From IMG/VR virus record IMGVR_UViG_3300049320_000001, positions 1-64,000 of that record: a stretch of 64,000 nt of DNA, one strand, 5' to 3'. Source of the DNA: a virus. Its lineage: Duplodnaviria > Caudoviricetes. The notes beneath the pieces were generated by a model. It was not told the DNA's origin and did no database searches. It saw nothing but the letters and a program-made list of their open reading frames with translations. The translations under genes and the position numbers were made by a program. Each line of letters starts with the position of its first letter. Within the stretch, counting starts at the first letter, position 1. Of this stretch, positions 60,581 to 64,000 are shown one piece after another.

Positions 60581-60662
60581 GGTCGAGTGGTGGAACTGGT
60601 AGACACACAGCACTCAAACTGCTGCGCCGCAAGGCGTGAGGGTTCGACTCCCTCCTCGACCA
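60581..60662 (+). tRNA. trnL: tRNA-Leu(CAA), CCA not encoded
   Basis: Acceptor GGTCGAG/CTCGACC-A, D loop TGGTAGAC, anticodon arm CAGCA-CTCAAAC-TGCTG, long variable arm, GGTTCGACTCC. Confidence 0.95.
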
Positions 60663-60663
60663 C

Positions 60664-63372
60664 GTGAAGATCATCAGAAGCCCCAGGGGCATCGTGCTAC
60701 CGAAGAGAACAGAGTCCAACTTCTTCCACGTTCACGCACACTCGCGCTACTCGTGGAACGACGCCTTGCCTGAGGTCAAGGACATGGTCTCAACCGTGTC
60801 TGCGATGGGGCACAAGGCCCTCGCACTGACAGACCACGGCAACATGGCTGGGTCGGTGCAGTTGTACAAGGAGTGCATGAAGGCTGGACTCATGCCCTTC
60901 CCTGGCACAGAGGCCTACTTCGTCAAGGACCGCCAGGACAAGACTGCGAAGCGCTTCCATCTAGGCCTCCTGGCCGTCAACGCCGATGGTTACCGTGCGC
61001 TGGCCAGGTTGTCCAGCAGATCGCACACCAGGGAGAACTTCCATCACAAGCCGTTGATCGACTGGACGGACCTTGCTGAATGGAAGGAGAACGGCTGGAC
61101 GACCGGCCTTGCTCTGACGTCTGGCTGCTACTTCGGCCTGACGATCCAGACTCTCATCAGCGATGGTCCAGAGGCGGCGAAGAGCGTCCTCCAGCGGTTT
61201 GCCTGGTTGGTTCCCAACACCTTCGTGGAGTTGCAGAACCACAAGATCGATCAGAAGCCGGTCAGTGAAGACGACATCGCAGCCGCACTTGTCCACCTGG
61301 CAGACGAACTCGGCCTGCCCGTCGTCATCGCCCAGGACGCCCACTACTGCGAAGCCTCGGACAAGCCGGTGCACGAAACCCTGAAGCGCGTAGTCGCCTT
61401 CGGACCTGACACGGATGACGCGGTGTTCCCAGGTGATGGATTCCACCTGGCGGAAGCCCAGTGGGTCGCTGCCCACCACCAGGATGGGCACTGGGCTAAA
61501 GCGGAAGAGGGTTGGGGACATCTGCTGGACCTTCACGCACTGTCCATCCCCGAGTTGGACAGGTACACGTACAACATCCCGAAGGTAGCGGAGGACCCGG
61601 ATGCTGTCCTGGAAGGGCGTTGTCGCCAGGCGCTCAACGAGCGAACACTTCCGACGCCTTACGCAGATCGTCTACATAGCGAACTGTCCATCGTGCGCGA
61701 CACGGGGATGGCGGGATACCTACTTCTGGTCGCTGAAGTCACGGACTGGTGTGCAGCACATGGCGTGTTCACACAGGCTCGTGGAAGCGCTAGCGGATCA
61801 GTCATCTGCTGGCTTCTCGGAATCACCCAATGTGACCCTATTCGCTACAACCTACGGTTTGAACGGTTCATCTCCCGCGACCGCACAAAGCCTCCTGACA
61901 TTGATCTGGATGTCGAGGATTCACGACGACAGGACCTCATTGACTGGCTGAAGACCAGGTTCTCTGTGGTGCAGATCGGTACTTTCCTCACCTACGGCAT
62001 CAATGACGACGAGAAGACCCCTGAGGATGACAAGGGCAAGGGCTCGCTCATCGTGGCCTTCAAGAAGGTGGCCAAGAAGAACGGGGCCTCGAAGGAGGAG
62101 TTGGACGCCATCGAGACCATCAGGGACATCCCTGATGAGTGGCGTGATCGCCTCATGGCCCTCGCGGACCGAGGAGTGTGCAAGGCAGTAGGCACTCACG
62201 CTGGTGGCCTCATCGTCACCACCACGGACGACGAGATGGACGACCTGGTCCCCAAGATGCTCATCGTCACCAAGAACGAGGCTGGCTACCGCATTGTGAG
62301 CCAGTACACGATGGACGATGTGGAGGCGTTGGGCCTTGTCAAACTGGACGTACTTGGACTTCGTACCTTGTCCCTTCTGCGGCGCTGTACTGAACTTCTG
62401 GGAAGAGACGTCCGAGACGGGCTCGACTGGATTCCACTCGATGACACCCGGACATTCACTACGATCCGGAACGGTGCCACGGCTGGAGTGTTCCAACTGG
62501 AGGGTGGTACAGCCCAGCGTGGTTGCCGTGAGGTGAAGGTGAGGTCCCTCAAGGACATCATCGTCATCCAGGCTCTCTACCGTCCCGCTGTGATGAAGAG
62601 CGGCGGCAAGGACGCCTACATCGCTCGGCGTGAAGGCCGCGAGAAGGCCCCTGAGTACCACCCCTTGATCATGCGTAGCGTCAAGGAGACCTTCGGGGTG
62701 ATCATCTTCCAGGAGCAGGTCATCTCGATCCTCAGGGACCTGGGCATGGACCCCGACGAACTCACTGACTTCCTCAAGGCAATCAAGGCCTCCCAGAAGG
62801 CAGACATGAAGAAGGCTGCCGTCACAATGGAGGCAGCCAGGGAGCGAGTCTGGGAGTTGTGCGAGAAGCATGGCATCGGGGCTGAGGACTACGCCCTCGT
62901 CTGGAAGGCCATCGAGGGCTTCGCGGAGTACGGCTTCAACCGCGCTCACGCCACTGCGTACGGCATCACCGCCTACCGCTGTGCCTACCTCAAGACCCAC
63001 TACCCGTTGGAGTTCGCCACTGCGTTGCTCCAGACGGCTGAGGGCACCAAGAAGGAGGCCATGTACATCTCAGCGGTGCGGCAGATGGGCATCTCCATCC
63101 GCAGGCCGCACGTCAACATCAGCGGCAAGTCCTACTCCATCGACCGCAAGGCACGGAGCGTGAGGAAGGGCCTGGTGTCCATCCTGGGGATCGGTGAGCG
63201 CACCTCTGAGGAGTTGGAGGAGCACGCTCCCTACACCTCTGTTCAGGACATCATCGACCGCTGCTCTGCCACCAGGGTGAACGGTGGGAAGAAATGGGCC
63301 AAGGACAAGTCCCTCAACGGCCACCTGGCCAAGTTGAAGGACATCGGAGCACTGGAGGGCCTTGATGGATGA
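60664..63372 (+). CDS. dnaE: DNA polymerase III alpha-like (PHP plus polymerase)
   Basis: HVHAHSRYS..D..ALTDHG, ARGSASGS, PPDIDLD, HAGG, VKLDVLGL, FQEQV, YGFNRAHA.AY, P.VN.S. Confidence 0.96.
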   Translation: MKIIRSPRGIVLPKRTESNFFHVHAHSRYSWNDALPEVKDMVSTVSAMGHKALALTDHGNMAGSVQLYKECMKAGLMPFPGTEAYFVKDRQDKTAKRFHLGLLAVNADGYRALARLSSRSHTRENFHHKPLIDWTDLAEWKENGWTTGLALTSGCYFGLTIQTLISDGPEAAKSVLQRFAWLVPNTFVELQNHKIDQKPVSEDDIAAALVHLADELGLPVVIAQDAHYCEASDKPVHETLKRVVAFGPDTDDAVFPGDGFHLAEAQWVAAHHQDGHWAKAEEGWGHLLDLHALSIPELDRYTYNIPKVAEDPDAVLEGRCRQALNERTLPTPYADRLHSELSIVRDTGMAGYLLLVAEVTDWCAAHGVFTQARGSASGSVICWLLGITQCDPIRYNLRFERFISRDRTKPPDIDLDVEDSRRQDLIDWLKTRFSVVQIGTFLTYGINDDEKTPEDDKGKGSLIVAFKKVAKKNGASKEELDAIETIRDIPDEWRDRLMALADRGVCKAVGTHAGGLIVTTTDDEMDDLVPKMLIVTKNEAGYRIVSQYTMDDVEALGLVKLDVLGLRTLSLLRRCTELLGRDVRDGLDWIPLDDTRTFTTIRNGATAGVFQLEGGTAQRGCREVKVRSLKDIIVIQALYRPAVMKSGGKDAYIARREGREKAPEYHPLIMRSVKETFGVIIFQEQVISILRDLGMDPDELTDFLKAIKASQKADMKKAAVTMEAARERVWELCEKHGIGAEDYALVWKAIEGFAEYGFNRAHATAYGITAYRCAYLKTHYPLEFATALLQTAEGTKKEAMYISAVRQMGISIRRPHVNISGKSYSIDRKARSVRKGLVSILGIGERTSEELEEHAPYTSVQDIIDRCSATRVNGGKKWAKDKSLNGHLAKLKDIGALEGLDG

Positions 63373-63604
63373 GAAGCCTTGCTCACACGACTTCCATGAT
63401 GGTCGTGGCAAGAACCGTGTAGGACGCGACTCCGGTACGGAGTTGGGTCGGTGGGAGCCGTGTCTCAAGAAGTCGCCTACGAGGACCCTGTGCCGCTCTG
63501 GGGTGATGCCCGGAGAGTCCGTGGGGAGCGCCAGCGTTTGCCCTTCCGCGACGGACACCAGCCTGCCGTCCCAGAACGACCAACAGAGGAGATCTGATGA
63601 CTGA
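63365..63604 (+). CDS. Possible small hypothetical protein
   Basis: Fills the gap after dnaE; weak codon support. Confidence 0.35.
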   Translation: MDEKPCSHDFHDGRGKNRVGRDSGTELGRWEPCLKKSPTRTLCRSGVMPGESVGSASVCPSATDTSLPSQNDQQRRSDD

Positions 63605-63986
63605 ACCTTCCGAGATCGTTGACGGACGGGGTGGAGGACATCGCTGGGAGGGTCATGCCTACAGCGATGACGAGGGCGCCTGGCGTTGTGGTTGTGGTGC
63701 GTATTGCGACCACCAGCGTCCCTGTGGGCGACACGGATCATGTGATGGCTCCTACGTCGTCAAACTGACTGCTTACGAGCGTGACAACCTGCTCCACGCG
63801 CTCTACGCGGCCAGCGGTCACGGGCGCATTCGGTCTCCGCTCTACGTCCTCAACAACGGCGACTGGCTCATGCAGGTCCTCAACAAGATCGGCCTGCGCG
63901 GGGACAATCAGATGCACTGGGGGCAGCCCAACGCCACTCACGATGCACTCGCTGAGAGGGCTAACCACATGAAGCCTGATGTCTAG
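63597..63986 (+). CDS. Hypothetical protein with Cys/His-rich N-terminus
   Basis: RBS GAGGAG; H..CGCG..CDH..CG.H..C. Confidence 0.6.
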   Translation: MTEPSEIVDGRGGGHRWEGHAYSDDEGAWRCGCGAYCDHQRPCGRHGSCDGSYVVKLTAYERDNLLHALYAASGHGRIRSPLYVLNNGDWLMQVLNKIGLRGDNQMHWGQPNATHDALAERANHMKPDV

Positions 63987-64000
63987 GTTCGACTGCGCCG

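Noticed and set aside
1-64000. Prophage status or stop-codon recoding
   Set aside because: No integrase, att site or host gene is visible; known genes are full length under the standard code with TAG, TGA and TAA all used as stops

Overview
The window is a 64 kb slice of a high-GC (by eye about 63-65%) tailed phage genome, most likely a siphovirus of a non-mycolic actinobacterium. Host clues are Rpf-like and Pup-like genes, an M15 endolysin, SigA/HrdB-type promoters, and no LysB in the lysis cassette. No integrase or host genes are visible. It has three blocks. (1) 1-34.9 kb, + strand, virion and lysis: portal C-terminus, three very large head accessory proteins (JAB-like protein; MuF-ADP-ribosyltransferase-ParB fusion; XkdF-type prohead protease with a long N-terminal extension), scaffold, cement, major capsid, a fibre-like module, head-tail connectors, major tail, chaperones, 1907-aa tape measure with lytic transglycosylase, tail tip, holins and endolysin, ending at a bidirectional terminator. 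(2) 35-55.2 kb, - strand, mostly small accessory genes: a ubiquitin-like ...VGG protein and partner, a BCS1-type AAA ATPase, ParB-like, macro-like, Rpf-like, SPFH lipoprotein and Pup-like genes, preceded by a cascade of promoter-gene-terminator cassettes. One cassette holds about 1.1 kb with no credible ORF and dense nested helices, a candidate large ncRNA. (3) 55.6-64 kb, + strand, replication: DnaB-like helicase, primase, two HNH endonucleases, SSB, tRNA-Leu(CAA) and DnaE-like polymerase. Best leads: the candidate giant ncRNA, protease-processed capsid cargo polyproteins with a shared module grammar, the Pup-like and ubiquitin-like proteins, and AGCT avoidance paired with the single UUG-reading tRNA. 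All annotations are by eye; no database searches or counts were run.
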